Shown here piece after piece: positions 11,620-24,959 of a stretch of DNA of 64,000 nucleotides. Location: the NCBI GenBank assembly GCA_003971905.1, contig RSEE01000083.1:186001-250000 (forward strand). Direction: 5' to 3'. A model generated the notes under the pieces. It ran no database searches. It was not told where the DNA came from and worked only from the letters and a program-made list of their open reading frames with translations. Both the position numbers and the translations under genes were made by a program. Every line of letters begins with the position of its first letter. The first letter of the stretch is position 1. This DNA is from Moniliella sp. 'wahieum' (taxonomy: Eukaryota).

Positions 11620-14600
11620 TCAACCGTCCGTCTTGGACGGGGGTCCAAACCCCCCCAAGAGCTGGGGCGGGCGAAGCGGCTTCCTGTTCTGTGCCTGTGC
11701 CGCCCGCCCTGCCCTCCCCTTTGCACCTCCCCCTCCCCTTCCCCTTCCCCCTTGTCGCGCTGCTTGGTCGGAAGCGCACGGGTAGTCGACAGAGAATGCT
11801 GCAGAGGCGAAGAGGCCGAGAAACTGCGGGGCCCGCCATCGTGTGCTCGCCCATCTTCTTTGTCCTTCTCGTCTTCTCGCCCACTGATAGCTCACTCCGG
11901 GAGCTGGAGGACAACTCACACATCGTCATCGACTCGGCATCGTCTGAGTCGTCGTCCGAATCCTCGTCCATATCAAAATTCTTGGGTAGCGGGAAAGCTT
12001 TGCGAGGCGCGCCAGTGGCCGCTGGGAACCGCGAGGTTTCTGGTCCTCCTTCCGCGTCGCCATCCACTCGGGGTAGGCGGGTAAGGTGATAGAAGCGCGG
12101 GCGGCTTCGATGGCAGTGAGGGCGGTGGGGTCAAGGCGAATGTCAAACAGTTCCCACACAAAGCGGCGAACGGATGTTTCCAAGGAAGGGTGGCCAGGTA
12201 GGCCAGCACGTAAGCGCGCAGGGTTGGGCAGGTAAAGTGGCGCGGTAGCGCGCGCGTAACTTGCCCAGTCGCAGGGACGGTTTGTTGACCAACACCGAGT
12301 TTCCCATCATGGCCAAGGCGTCCAGGATGTTCCTTGACGTCCGCCCTTCCGCTGGTCGGAGGTACAGGTAGTCCAGATCCACCTCATGTTTTGGCTTCCA
12401 CGAATCGAGCTCGATCGCGTGCAGATCCGCAGGAATGGCGATCCCTTTGAACCTCAAAAACTGGGTGTGCACCGTTTCCCACCCAAACAAAGCCAGCAAT
12501 TCACTGCCCAAAGACGTGCGGGCAAAGAGCCCCAGTACAAAAAAGGCAACGCTGGTGGAACAAGAATGAGGTTAGTATAACCACGCGTGTCCATTCCTCC
12601 CAAACGAACAAATCTTACCCTCGGACCGAAATGACAGGCGAGTGCTGCGCAATGGAGACAATCGCACCCAAGAGACCACAAGACTCGACTCCTTGATACC
12701 ATATTCGGTGGTGCCCACATTTCCCTAAGGACGCCACAACAAGCAGTTACCAAGTTAGCGTCCACGCACGATCAAGAGAGAGAGGCCAAGAAAGACACAT
12801 ACGACGGCCCACAACATGCTCTTGAGCTGGGCAAGAATAACAGGGTCTTGGGATTCTAAGCCATACTGCTGAATGAAGGAGATGAAAACGTCAAAGTGGC
12901 CCGAATCAAGCAAACCGAGAGGCCCTGCTGCGTCTGGGCTAGCTGGGTAGCGTAGAAATGGGTGGGGGCAAATCCTGTGACGGCTTCCGCCGCTTCGAGC
13001 TCTGACGTTAACGGTTCCCCTGGACGAGGAGAGACACCGGCGGCGGCGGTACCGGGATAAGGACGATCAATATCCAATGCGTACGACAAGTGATCTCGAG
13101 CTGAAGGCTGTAACGGTAATTCAGTTCGTGGAACCACAGCGCCAGATTCTCCCCAATGTAGCCCTCTTCGTCCAAGAACGCAAAGCCAGACGGGACCGAG
13201 AGGAATTTGAGCATCAGTGCCCGACCGGCTTCGCCCAGATGCTCAAAGGAAGGCTGCGTCGCAATCACCAGCTCGAGCAGCGCAGAGTCATCACAGACCC
13301 GCCCCAGCATCTCAATCGTCAGCTTTGGATGCCTGGGTTGGTATCGTACACCTGGGCCACCAGCAGCTCTACCATCCAGCTCGCTGTGGATGGGTTCCAT
13401 GTAGTGACATGGGTCGGCATGCTCTGCAACGTCTGGGCTAGTTTGGACGTGGCAAACAGACGCAATGCTCGCGAGCCCGCCGTGAGGGCATGGCTGAGCA
13501 GCACGCGCGCGTGACCTTTCACCTCAAAGGGGAGGTGTTGGAGGACAGCGCGGACGAGATAGTCGCGGGCGGTCGGACCGCGATGAAACGGTGAAGCAAC
13601 GTGAAAATTCGGAAACGTTCCAGCAACGCCAAGCCTCCCTTGGTTGCCCCCACCACACCAATCATCTCAAAGTATCCGTCTACCACTGTTGTCCCAAGCT
13701 TGGCTCGCGAAAACAGCGGCTCCTCCATCGTGTTGATAGCCAACGGTGCTTGATGTGTCGTGTCGAGCTGGGCAAGACAATCGCCAATTTGGGACAAGAG
13801 CGGATCTTCAGCGAGGAACTGAGTCCATCCGGGTGCTTCATGATCAAGCGAATCAGCTGCGTCCCGAGCCGCGCCCACAACCGACTTGCGCGCGTCTTGG
13901 GTAGCGTCGAGAAACGGCGTGCATTGGGGTGGTAAAACGAGATGAGGCGGCGAACAAAACCGGCCCTGGTGCATCACCTCGTCAAAACGCCGAGGCGAGA
14001 CAAGCACGCCATCTAGCAGGTCAATCAGAATGTCCATGTTCCACTTGTTGGGGTCCCGAGCATTGCCCACCTGCGAGTCGAGCACCATGGTGCGAAAGGT
14101 AGCATCGTCCACGCTGGATAGCGCCTGCTGCTGCAGCGCTCCCACCTTTCGGCCCTCGGAAGAGGACTGGCGCTTGTCCGCTAAGGAAGAGATAATGGAG
14201 GGGCGTGGCCGGCGTGGCATCTCTGCTGAGCTTGTCCAGCGTCGAAAGTGTGCTGCCGGCCACGTTGCGCGCCGCGGCCTGGCTGATGTCCATGCTACTT
14301 CCCAGGGAAAAGAGGCGGGGAAGGGTCGAAACGCGCTGGCCCACATGGGCCGGTAACAACAAGTTGCACAACCGCAGCACTCGCTCAAGGTCAGCGTCGC
14401 TTTGGTGCGCACCGCCTCACTCGTCTCGATGAGCGTGATCAGAGCATCGATCAAGCCCGCTTCAATAAGCACCTCAAGCAGCAGAGCCACATAGTGGTCT
14501 AGTAAATTCTGCGGACCAGCCACCTCGTCTTTGGGGGCAGTGGATGCTTCCTTGAAGGCAGCCCCCTCTTTGCCCATCGTCTGGGACGAGACGCTGGTCA

Positions 14601-16420
14601 TACGGATCAAAGAGAAACTCATCAAGAAGGATGGAGCCCGTTGATTCTGGGTACACTGATGGCCGAAACAAGCGATCGAATGCCGAGGCGGTCGTGGAGG
14701 CAAAGGTACATAAACCCCGTCCAGCTACGTAGCATCGTAGCAACGATATGCGAGTGCCGCTTCAGTTTCTCTTCGCTGCCGTACTCGGACAGGCTGGCTG
14801 GCGGATCAGTCAAGGTAGCTAGGACAGGCTGGGTGGGGAAAAGGGCAGGCAAGATTGCGTTAGTCGTGTCCCCCTAGCCCTTGCAAAGGGAAAGAAACGG
14901 AAGGCAACACACCTCTAGGTCAATCCCTGGGTTGATAAGCGCGCGAGAGGAAGGCAAGTCGAGAAGGGACAATATGGTTCGCATCAGGCCGTGTGCAGCA
15001 TCCAAATCGCGATCGGCAATGGCGCTGACCACCACGGGGAGCGAGCCGGCGCGAATAAAGTGAGTGGCATCTACCAGGGCCACTTCGGCCAATGTTTCGA
15101 CACAGAGGTGCTGAGGGGATCCTCAGCATCGTAGCTCACCGCCACCAAGCCTCGCATAACGCTCATGTCGACCAAGGCATCCAAGGTGGAGGCGGATGGC
15201 GAGTGCATGCCCCGCGCCTAGTATTGTGCGCGAGGCCGAAACCAACGCACGCACCAACATCAGCGCCTGCTCGCGCTCCTCTGCAAACGCAGACTCGCGC
15301 AGGAAGGTACGGAATGTACCAGTGCAGTCCCGCCGCTTTGCGCCTCGGCAAACGTGTTGAGTGGGGGCAAGAGGGAGAGACGTAAGGCACGATACGCACG
15401 CGTCCGCACGGCCTTCCCGTTGTCTTCGGCCAGCTGAGCTGTGACAGTCTGAACGTACGAGGCGACCGGGAGGGTGTCGCGCAGCTCGGGTTGCTGGTGG
15501 AGCAGAGCAGCAAGCTGGTTCAAAATGCGTCCGCGTTCCAATTCCGTTGAGGGAGGCGGTCCAAGGCGGTCCAACTTTGTCAGTAACTCGGATATCCGGG
15601 CCGCCTCGGGAGAAAGTGAAGATTCAGCCGCGTCGGAAACGGCCGAAACGGCTGAGGGGGAGAGGGTAGACGCAGGGGGGCGGGAGGTCATGTCGCGTGC
15701 GCTGAGGGAAGACCACTGGGGAGGAACGCTAGGGTGAGGCGATTCACCAGCAGAAGGGGTGAGGGGAGAACGCTGATCGGGGGCTTTGGAAACGTGTCAA
15801 AGGGGGAAGTGACGTGCACTCTCCATTGCCGCTGTCAGCTGGGGGAAGAGCGGGAGCGCAGGAGCCAATGACTCTTGGGTTCCGTAAGGCCCGTGCCGCC
15901 CTTGTCTGCTGTGCCAACAACGTCGGACCGGGTGGGGGATAATCGACGGGCATGGGCGCCGCCGTCCCATCCCCCGGGCCAAAGCCAGGAGGGTCCGCGT
16001 CCGAAGCGAAGCCAAGGTCCGAAGTGGGGGAGGGTCGGGCATTGGTGCGATCGTCAGCATGGGCATTACGCAACTGGGCGATTTCGAGCTTGAGGGAGTT
16101 GATGTGGGCCTGGCTGTTGGAGAGCTCCTGCAGGATCTGGTCCCGCAAAGCGGCCGAGTCGGGCGGAAGCACATTGAGCAGCCCGGCGGCGCCCTCGCGA
16201 ATGTTGACGGCGACGGCGAGGCTGCGCTCGAGGTCAGCGATGCGGAGGCGGGGGGGGTGAGGCTGATGGCGCTGCTGCTGGCGTCGGTGGACTGGTCAAG
16301 GGGCGAGCTGGGCGGCGGGGCGGAGGCGGGGGCGGAGGGGGGTCGAATGCGGCGGGCATGGAGGCGGGCGTCGGATGCTGCGGGCGGGGCAGGAGCGGTG
16401 CCGGCGGGGCGGATGTCCAT
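11620..16420 (-). CDS. AVO3: TORC2 subunit Rictor (Avo3/Tsc11; S. pombe Ste20)
   Basis: N-terminal HR1-like RIADLERSLAVAVNIREGAAGLL. Rictor-like blocks: KAVRTRAYRALR, MLRSWTGFMYLC, VDDATFRTMVLDSQV...KWNMDILIDLL, PHFYATQLAQT and RRFVWELFD. Multiple introns and frameshifts; both ends approximate. Confidence 0.88.
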
Positions 16421-16799
16421 GGGGACGTCGACCAACAGCGGCGGGACGCCCAGCGGCGGGGCGGAGGGGCGGGGAGGAGGACGCGGCGGTTAAAGGAGGT
16501 GTTTGTGTCGGCGGAGTCGTGTTGGCCGTCTGAATCGACCCCAGACTGCCCCACGCCGCTTACCTCAGCAGCCAGCCACCCACCCCGCCTGCAACTTTCA
16601 TTTCACAGCCCACGCCACCGCCACCGTCACGTGATGGCCGTCGGGCTACCGTTCCCTGCTCCCTGCTCCCTACGGCCCCCGCCCCACCATGGGACATGCA
16701 TCGCCATTAAATCACCCCACCACAAATCACATCGCCACGCAGCGCGTACGCGACGGCGCACACAACATACAGACCCGTATGGGCCGGAGAAATCAAACA

Positions 16800-19235
16800 A
16801 GAGAACTATCGCCGCCGATCAGGCCAGCCGGTCGGGTTGGGCGGCAGGTGGAGCGTAGCCAGCGACGCACGCGACGGGCTGCGGGTACTTCGAGGTGCCG
16901 GCGGCCTGCGGGAACAGTTCGGGCTCGGTGGAAGCAGCCACAAGGCCCGGGGCGGCCGTCTTCTTTGTCCGCGAGAGGAAGGGGAAGGCAACGTGCTGCT
17001 GTCCCACAAGCTCGAGTCGCTGCGCAGGGGCGAGTCGTGTGGGACCCAGGTGCGTTTGGCTGTCGTCCCCGCCTCCGCTTCGTCCGACTCGGTCGTCGTC
17101 CGTTGTGCGGCCCGCGCCAGCTCGCACCCAACGCACCACTTTTGCGCGGGGTCTGTAAGAGCGCACGCGGCTGCGTCGCGTCGTAAGTCCATCGTGTCTT
17201 GTCCATGCTCAGCATCGGCTCGTCCGAGTCATCCAGCGGTGCGGGGGGGCATCGCCCGAGGCGCCGTCGCGGGCAGAGGGTCAGCAGGCCACGAGCTCCC
17301 ATGCTCCCATTGGACGGCCGCGGCTTCTTGCCGAGCTTGGCGGGCGTCGAAGCTTCAGGATAGCCGGTCGCCACAGGTTCTGGATCGTCGTCCGGCATGG
17401 ACGGCCGCGAGCGCCGAAGAATCGTTTCGACCGACTCCTCTCCGCCTCCTCTGCATCGGCGTACGCTGAAGGATCCACGGCGGCAGGGGGCGTGATCCGC
17501 CGCGGGCCCAGATCCAACTCTTGGAATTCTTGGTTGGGGAAGGAAGAGCGGGAAGATGGTGCGGCCGATGCCGGCGGGACCGGCGTGGACTCGATACGGC
17601 GGCGCTTCGTCCCGGTCCGACGAGCTAGGGGGGCAAAGGCCGTGCATCGGGCAACGGACCAAAGGTGGTCGCTCGCCGGTCAGGCCTGGTAAGTTTGCTG
17701 GCCCCACGGCAGTTTGCAGGCGCTCTTCCATCGCCATCTCACGTTGTTGGCAGCGCGCTCACGGGCCTCCAGGGTTTTCGTCCGCTCCTCCAGCTCGCTC
17801 GCTCGGCGGCGAAGCATTTCTTCCCGGCCCATTTGCTTGAAGGCCAGGGGCGCATTGGCCTCCCATTCGCGTGCTTTTCGTCGTACCACGCGTTGTGCTT
17901 CCGCTCGTGTTCTTCAAATTCATGGACACGAAGTTCAAACGCTTGTTGTGCCTGTGCTTGGCGCAGGGCTTGCGCCTCCAGGTCTTGGGCTAGCTTTCCC
18001 AACCGTTTCTTTTCCGATCGCCAAGTCGCATCGGCTGCGGTCAACTCAGCCTGCTTATTGAGCAGTTCTTGTTGGAGCACCATCATCTGATCTCGCTCTT
18101 GGGACAAGGCCGTTGTGCGACTGGATCGTGTCGTACTCGAGGGCAATTTTAGCATGTTCCGAGGAAAGTTGGCGTTCTTTGGCACGCAATTCGCCTGCAC
18201 GCTTCTCGATTGACCTTCGCTCGGCATCCAACAAATCCTTCATCTCTGCCATCTCGAGCGAACGAGAATGGATGGCGATTTCGGGCATGGCGAGCAGTTC
18301 TTGGGTGGAAGGACGGTCATCTCGTCGTAGACTGCGCATCCGGTAGATCAACGCTTTGAGTGCAGGCGAGTAACAGGCGGGCATCGGCGGCCTGGGCATC
18401 CCAGTCAGAGCCGGCAAAATTTGTCCACCGAATCTGGCTGCACAGGCGGCTTGAGAGGCGCACAGTTCATAAAAGATGCATCCCAAAGCCCAAATGTCAC
18501 ATTTAAAGTCGTACCGCTCGCCCTTGACTTGTTCGGGGGCCATGTACATTGGGGTACCACAATAGGTTGTGGTCACACTTGGGCATCCACACTTTGCTCA
18601 GCCCAAAGTCGGCCAGCTTGATTCGTCCCCGGGCGTCGAGAAGAATGTTCTGGGGCTTAAGGTCGCGATGGAGAATCTGGGCGGCGGAAGGGTTGGTGGG
18701 GTCTGGGTGATGGCATGCGTGGAGCGCACTGACCAATTGGACAATATACGACCAAATGACATCTTCAGGGATGTACTCGCCTGTGGCATCGCGTTTGGCC
18801 TGAGCTTCGTGATACCGTTCCAAGATCCCCGCCATCGGCCACTCCATGACGATGCAATGTGCTCTGCCAGTTGAGACAACGACAGGGTCAGTTTCTCGAT
18901 CTCTTCATCAACTGCAACAGGGGGAAGCAATGCAACGTGGGAGAAGACGTACCTGCGCTTGGGATCATAGTACCAGTCGAGTACTTAATGATGTTGGGGT
19001 GCTTGAGGGTGCGAAGAGTGTTGATCTCGGTGATGCTTTCGGCGACAATGTTGGTAGCATAGGAGGGCGGGATAATCTGCTTGCAGGCAAACACCTTGCC
19101 ATCTCGGATTCTGCGGACCCGCAGGACCTTTCCGAAGGCACCCGCACCAATCACGTTCAGTTGCTCGTAGTCGTCGGGAGAGGAGCGGGAAGGCCGGGGC
19201 GTGGTAACACGATCCAGACCGCTGACCCGGGCCAT
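16800..19235 (-). CDS. nimA: NimA/NEK-family Ser/Thr kinase with a coiled coil and low-complexity C-terminus
   Basis: [80 protein letters not shown] and [12 protein letters not shown]...KCDIWALGC. Coiled coil at ~17700-18260. Intron at ~18910-18952. 3' end uncertain. Confidence 0.88.
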
Positions 19236-19854
19236 GGTGGGTGGGGGGGTAGGGCGTGGGGGCGGGCAGGGGCGGGCAGGGGGGGGGGCTGGTAGAGGGG
19301 GCGGCGAGGTGTGCAGGCGAGCGCGGCGGCGGGGCTGGCTGGGGAGGTGGCGATGGCCGAGTGGCAAGCGCAGAGCGGCTGGCCCAGCAAGTGCTTGTTT
19401 GTGGAGCGAAGCGTAGATCGTCTTCGCACGCTCTTCCTTTCAACATTTCAGTTCGTCCCGCCGCGCCCAGGCGGAATGGGCGGAGGCAACTTTGAAATTG
19501 GCAGCAGACACGCTGGAGGGAGGCTAACCCTAACCCACCCCCTGTACTGGCACTGAGTACTGGCTGCCTATCTGCACCAACTACATCACATCTCCCTCGG
19601 CGTCTCCAAGCTTACAAGTGCCATGACATGGCGGGCGCACGACCGATCGTTCCACGTCTAGCTGTCCACACATCAGACTAGTGGGAAGAGACAGAGGTAT
19701 GTTGCATAGAGAACAAGCAGAGCCAAAGGAAAGGAGAAGCGTGTCTGGTATCGGGCGTATGCGCGACCTTCTGGTCTCTGTGCAGGGTCTGGGCCAGCCA
19801 GATCCGCAGGTGCAAAAAGACGAGGACCAGCAAGGGGCAAGGAGTAAGAGGTAA

Positions 19855-19935
19855 GCGGCAAGCGGCAACGGCCAGCGGCAAGAGGCAAGAGGCAAGAGGC
19901 AAGAAGCAAGAGGCAAGAGGCAAGAGGCAGGGGGC
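19855..19935. repeat. (GGCAAGA)n heptamer tandem repeat
   Basis: About seven near-perfect GGCAAGA units plus degenerate flanking units. Confidence 0.9.
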
Positions 19936-20146
19936 AAGGGGAAAGGCGCAAGGCGCAAAACACGGACGGCGTGGATTGTGCAGGAGGGTGGGAGTAGGGG
20001 AGCTCAGGCCAGGCAGGGCAGAAAGACTCACTAGATCAGCCCGGCGACAAGCACCAACAGGCCCATCCCCAGCGACAAAGGAAATGTCCTGCAAGACAGC
20101 TGACGTGCCAAACTGGATGCGGGCGAGGCAACAGCGGTAATGGAGA

Positions 20147-21620
20147 TCAAGCCTCAGTGTCATTGGCCAAGGGAGCGAGACCCACCTTTGGGGAAGACGC
20201 ATCGTTGTATGTGAAGATGGAGTAGACCAAGGAGAGAAAGTCAGAGCCGAGGATCCACTGCGGTTCTGATTTTTGTTGGTGCCCAAGTCGAAAAGGATAC
20301 CAACGCAAGACGAGGTGGAGGGGTGGATGGAGCGCCATCACGAGACCAGGGGCGGCCGCAGGGACAATCCACGATTGGGGAGGAAGGGTGTACAGGCGAT
20401 TGCCCAATTGGATCGACAGGTCCGGCAACCAGTCCCGTTGCCCGATTGGGATGGGCAAGGCAAGGTCCAGTACCCTTCTGCCGTTGCCTCTCGGGCGGAA
20501 GGAATGGCCTTGTAGAACGAAACGTACCCCTTGGATGGTCCACCGATCAATGTGGAAGCGGTTATCGACCGCCGCCTTCGACAGACCCTGTATTCCGATC
20601 GACTTGGTCCCAGCATGAAGGCCGGAAATGGAGACCATCCAGAATTTCGTCGCCGTGACTGGCAACCAGTTCACATCGGGTGTGTACAGGGACGTATTGG
20701 TCCCCCCAAGGTGAAGGTACCACCCGTCATTGTCATGTTGGAAGCGGTCAAGACGGCGCCGGGGGAGGAAGAGGATGAAGAAGAGGATGTGCATTAATGA
20801 TCTTGCTCTGACTGGAGCCAGCGCGGTCCAGTTGGAACGCAAATGTCTTGTCGTTCAAGGATGCACCCATCCAGAACGGTTGGGCACCGACTTTGGATAG
20901 TGACGGGAAGGCCATACCAAGAACCTTGCATGCCCCCATTCAGGATGCCAGAAGACGCAGTGTTGGCTACAACGAGCGGTTGAGACGTGACAATCTGGTT
21001 GCCGAGTTGGATGTTGTCGTGGCCCAATGAACCAGACACGTTGCCGCCGCCATAGCAAGGGTGACAGCTGCACCGGCTTGACTGGCAGGCAACGGAGTCC
21101 CCTCACTGTTAAGTGGGGCATAGCTCGAGCTGGACGAAGGTTGTAGGTGGCATCCAACAGCCAGGCATCGGTACTGCCGTATCGAGAATAACTTGGAGGT
21201 GGATGGGAGGTGTCCGACCGAGACGGGGGCCAGGAACGATGCTCCCAAGTTTCTGATGTAAGATCGATGCCAGAAGCGAGAATGTCCCGGGGGGCAAGCA
21301 TGGAAGGAGAGTGGTGATTCAAGCCAAATTTGCGCTGCACGGCGAGGCGGTACTGGTCGCCGAGGCGGGCATCGAGTGCGACAGAATGTTCAGCGCCGCC
21401 GCGACGGTGAAAGGAGGAAGTGGTGTGGATCGACCGCGATGGGAGCGAGCTTCCGGGCCAGCCGGTGGTGTAGATGTGGGGGGGGAGCAAGGGAGGGGAG
21501 GGGCGGCGAGGGAGAAGAGGCTGAGACAGGGGATCAGAACGAGGGAGGCCAGACGCCAGCGCGGCACTGAGGAAGGCCGAGGCAGCGCAAGGGCAAGGAG
21601 GAGGATGCGTGGGCTGAAAT
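20147..21620 (-). CDS. Pepsin-like (A1) aspartic protease, probably secreted
   Basis: GTPP..LQVILDT(G)STDAW (lobe 1, after a 1-nt repair), VSGSLGHDNIQLG, GMAFPSLS, LHLGG, AAVDTASTLIGGP (lobe 2, after repair) and WILGSDFL...VGLA. Hydrophobic ILLLALA...FLSAALA near 21560-21610. Start ATG not located. Confidence 0.88.
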
Positions 21621-23049
21621 GAGCGCGGCGTCCAGGGAACCAAGGCACAGCACGGGCAGCAGAGAGGGGGGCAGCTGGGCGTGCGCCTGTAGCCGGGAAG
21701 CACCAGCGCCACTGCCTGGTGTGGTCGGATGGGCCGGGCGAAGAGGCGGTTGCGGGAGGCCGTCGTGTCGCCGCCGTGCGCCGCCCACGCATGGCTGCCC
21801 AGCCAGCCGCGCGCCAGCAGAGCCACTACATTTCACATTTCAACTCGCCCCGTGCATCATGCATCGCTGCTCACCCATCACTAGTCACCTGCATCCGTCA
21901 CACTCACCATGCACATGCTACGTTACTGTCACGTGCCGGCCCTCCGCCGGGAGGATCACTCACTCAGGATGTGGGGCACCCGGTACGGCCTCTTAGAGAA
22001 CGGAAGCACAACTCATGGTGGGTTCGTGCTTGGGCTTGTGGGTGGATCCGAGGGGGGCGAGGGACAAGGAGAGGCGTCTCGGCGTATAATAAAAGCACCG
22101 GGGCTTAAGTGTGTGACCGTATGTCGCGTACATACGGGCATGTTGGGGTCAGTAGTGACGGATCTGGAGCCGTTCGTACTATGATGGGACGGAGAGAGAG
22201 GCAGCGGAGGACAACACTAAACGTACTGCGCTTGGAGCGGGAGGCGGGGCCGGAGACGACACTGAAGACTTGGACTGAGGGCTCCTCCGATTCGATTCTC
22301 TTCAGGAAAACCACGGAACACTGTGAGCGGATGGCAACCTTTTTGTTGGGGAGAGCTAAGATGTGGAACGCTGACGATAGGTGAGAAGGAGGAGAAAATA
22401 CAAGGTAATCAAGAGGAGGAATTGCTTGTACCGGATGGATGACGAAGATGTAGATGCAACAATGGATTGGTGAAGACAAGAGGTGAAGATTGCTTACAGT
22501 GGATAAAAAAGAACAGAAACTAGTATAATAAAAGGCAAACGCGGAGACGGTGGTCTGCCAACGATACCGGTATGGGTAAGTCATCGCTGGAATTCCCGGA
22601 CATGATTCGTCCATTTACTGTCATACTATACTTGGGTTGGGATTGGGAGGGAGCTCTGGCAAGACTGAACACTTCGCACTTCGGCCTGAGAAGATATCGG
22701 ATCGAACCCGCGGTGGCCGTCGTAACAAATGCCTGTAAATATATATATCGTCCTAAGTTTATTGACCCTCCGTTTATAATAAAACACCACCAAGCAGCAC
22801 ATGCAAGATGAACGGGTGGTTCAGGCGTAACGTTTCCCTGTCCCAGCCTTAAAAGGCTCTATCAATGATTTGGATGCAAAATAAAAGGCAAGTGGTATTT
22901 AAAAGTTTTGCGGGGGGGGGGGGAAGAAGAGAAAGAAAGGAAACATTGTATATAATGGCAAAAAGTGTGCCTAATCCCAGCCCATCTCTCCTTGTCCACA
23001 GAAGCTCCGGCATAGCCACCATGTGCCACAGAATACCGCGAGTGATAAC

Positions 23050-24959
23050 ATCGGCGGGGTAGAGGCATTCTTTCACGCTCTCCGTCCTCCTTCGACCCTT
23101 GCGCGCCACGGATTTGAGCTTTGAGATTCAGGTGGGCATCATGACATTGGCAACAGCCACCAGCTCATTTTTCTTGCCCTCGAACATATCCGTTGTCACC
23201 TCAGGATCCTGTTGTGAATTTTGCACCCATTCAAGCGTCTGGTTGATGGTAGTATCCAACGCCTTCCTCTCCCAGCTCCCCACGTTATTTTTCTTTTAGA
23301 GAGGCGCGCAGGTCATACGCATACTTCTCTAATTCCATGTGGGCAGCGTCTCGTTGGCGGAGTTCATCGTCCTGCTGCTTGTACTTCGCCGCATCAGAAA
23401 TCATCCGCGCAATGTCATTCTTCGACAGATGGCCGCTGTTCAAGATGGTGAGAACCTCCGAAATGTTGGTATCCAAAATGACGACTGACACGGTGAGATT
23501 GGAGTTGGCGTCCAATTCAAACGACACTTGGATCCTATGCGAAGCACGAGGGGCAGGTGGGATGTCAGGAAGTACACATTCGCCAGAAAATGGTTGTCCT
23601 CGGTGCGGGGTCGTCCCTTCGATACTTTGACCAGCGCACTACTCTGATTGTTGCGGCTGGTCGAGAAGACATGCGACCCTCGGGCGGCAGAGCCGTGTGC
23701 GGTCGATCAGCGACACAAATTTATAACCGGCAACTTGAACCCCCAAAGATAGAGGGACCACGTCAAGTAGAACCAGGTCCGTGATCCCCACTGGCTCCTC
23801 TTCTTCATCTTCATCCAGAAAGGACGCCTGGATTGCGGCACCGTGAGCCACTGCTTCGTCGGCATTAATTGAGCGGCTGATTTTGCTTTCGCCAAAGAAC
23901 TCAGTGAGGAAGTGCTGCACACGAGGAATCCTTGTTGACCCTCCAACCAAGACAACGTCAGTCACGTCATCTTTGTCAACCTTGGCATCTTGTAGGACGC
24001 TCTCGAGGAGGCTAACGCCACGCTGAAACAGGTCGTCGCACAAATCCTCAAAGAACGGCCGGGTGATAGAGGAGACAAAGTCAATGCCGTCAAGCAGCGA
24101 GTCGATTTCGATCGGAGCAGAGGGCGGAGGAAAGGGTACGTTCGCGTTTCTCGCACGCCGTGCGGAGACGACGAAGAGCACGAGGGTTGGAAGTGAGGTC
24201 CTTATCAAACTTGCGTTTGAATTGATCAGCAAAATGTTCGACGAGACGGGTGTCAAAGTCTTCACCACCGAGGTGGCTGTCTCCATTCACGGCCTTGACT
24301 CGGAATCGGGTCCCTTTGAGGGTGAGAAGCGATACGTCAAGCGTCCCTCCCCCAAAGTCAAAGACAAGCACGGTGCGCTCACCCTCAGGCTCGTTGTCCA
24401 AACCGTAAGCAACGGCAGCAGCAGTTGGCTCGTTGATAATGCGCAAGACGTTAAGCCCAGCAATGGTACCAGCGTCCTTGGTCGCCTGGCGTTGCGAGTA
24501 ACTAAAGTAGGCAGGTACTGTCACCACAGCGTCCTTTACAGGCCCGCCAAGGTACGCCTCGGCCGTCTCGCGCATCTTGATCAAAATCATGGACGAAATT
24601 TCCTCGGGTTTGAGCTGCTTCGTCTCGCCCTTGTATTGGACTTCGATTACTGGCAGACCGTCCACATCAACCACCTTGAAAGGCCAGTGCTTCATGTCAG
24701 ACTGGATCACCTCTTCGTCAAACCTGCGGCCGATAAGTCGTTTGGCGTCAAACACGGTATTGGATGCGTTCATCGCAATCTGATTATGGGCCGCATCACC
24801 AATCAGCCGTTCCCGCTCGTTGAAGGCGACACAGGAGGGGTGACATTCTTTCCACTTCGTTGGGAATGACTTTGACCCGGCCATTCTGAAAGACAGAAAC
24901 GCACGAGTTGGTGGTTCCAAGGTCGATGCCAATCGCGGGGGTGTGGGGGAAGAGGACAT
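23050..24959 (-). CDS. HSP70: Divergent SSA-type Hsp70, copy 1
   Basis: [68 protein letters not shown] and [10 protein letters not shown], followed by a divergent SBD and lid. No introns seen. Frameshifted; C-terminus approximate. Confidence 0.93.

Noticed and set aside
19523..19540. CTAACCCTAACCC telomere-like words (also ~8583-8600)
   Set aside because: Only about two units; expected by chance in C-rich DNA.
24063..24869. Long ORF antisense to Hsp70 copy 1 (also 41739-42443 antisense to copy 3)
   Set aside because: Antisense open frames opposite Hsp70 genes are a well-known codon-usage by-product, often mis-annotated as glutamate dehydrogenase. No independent support.
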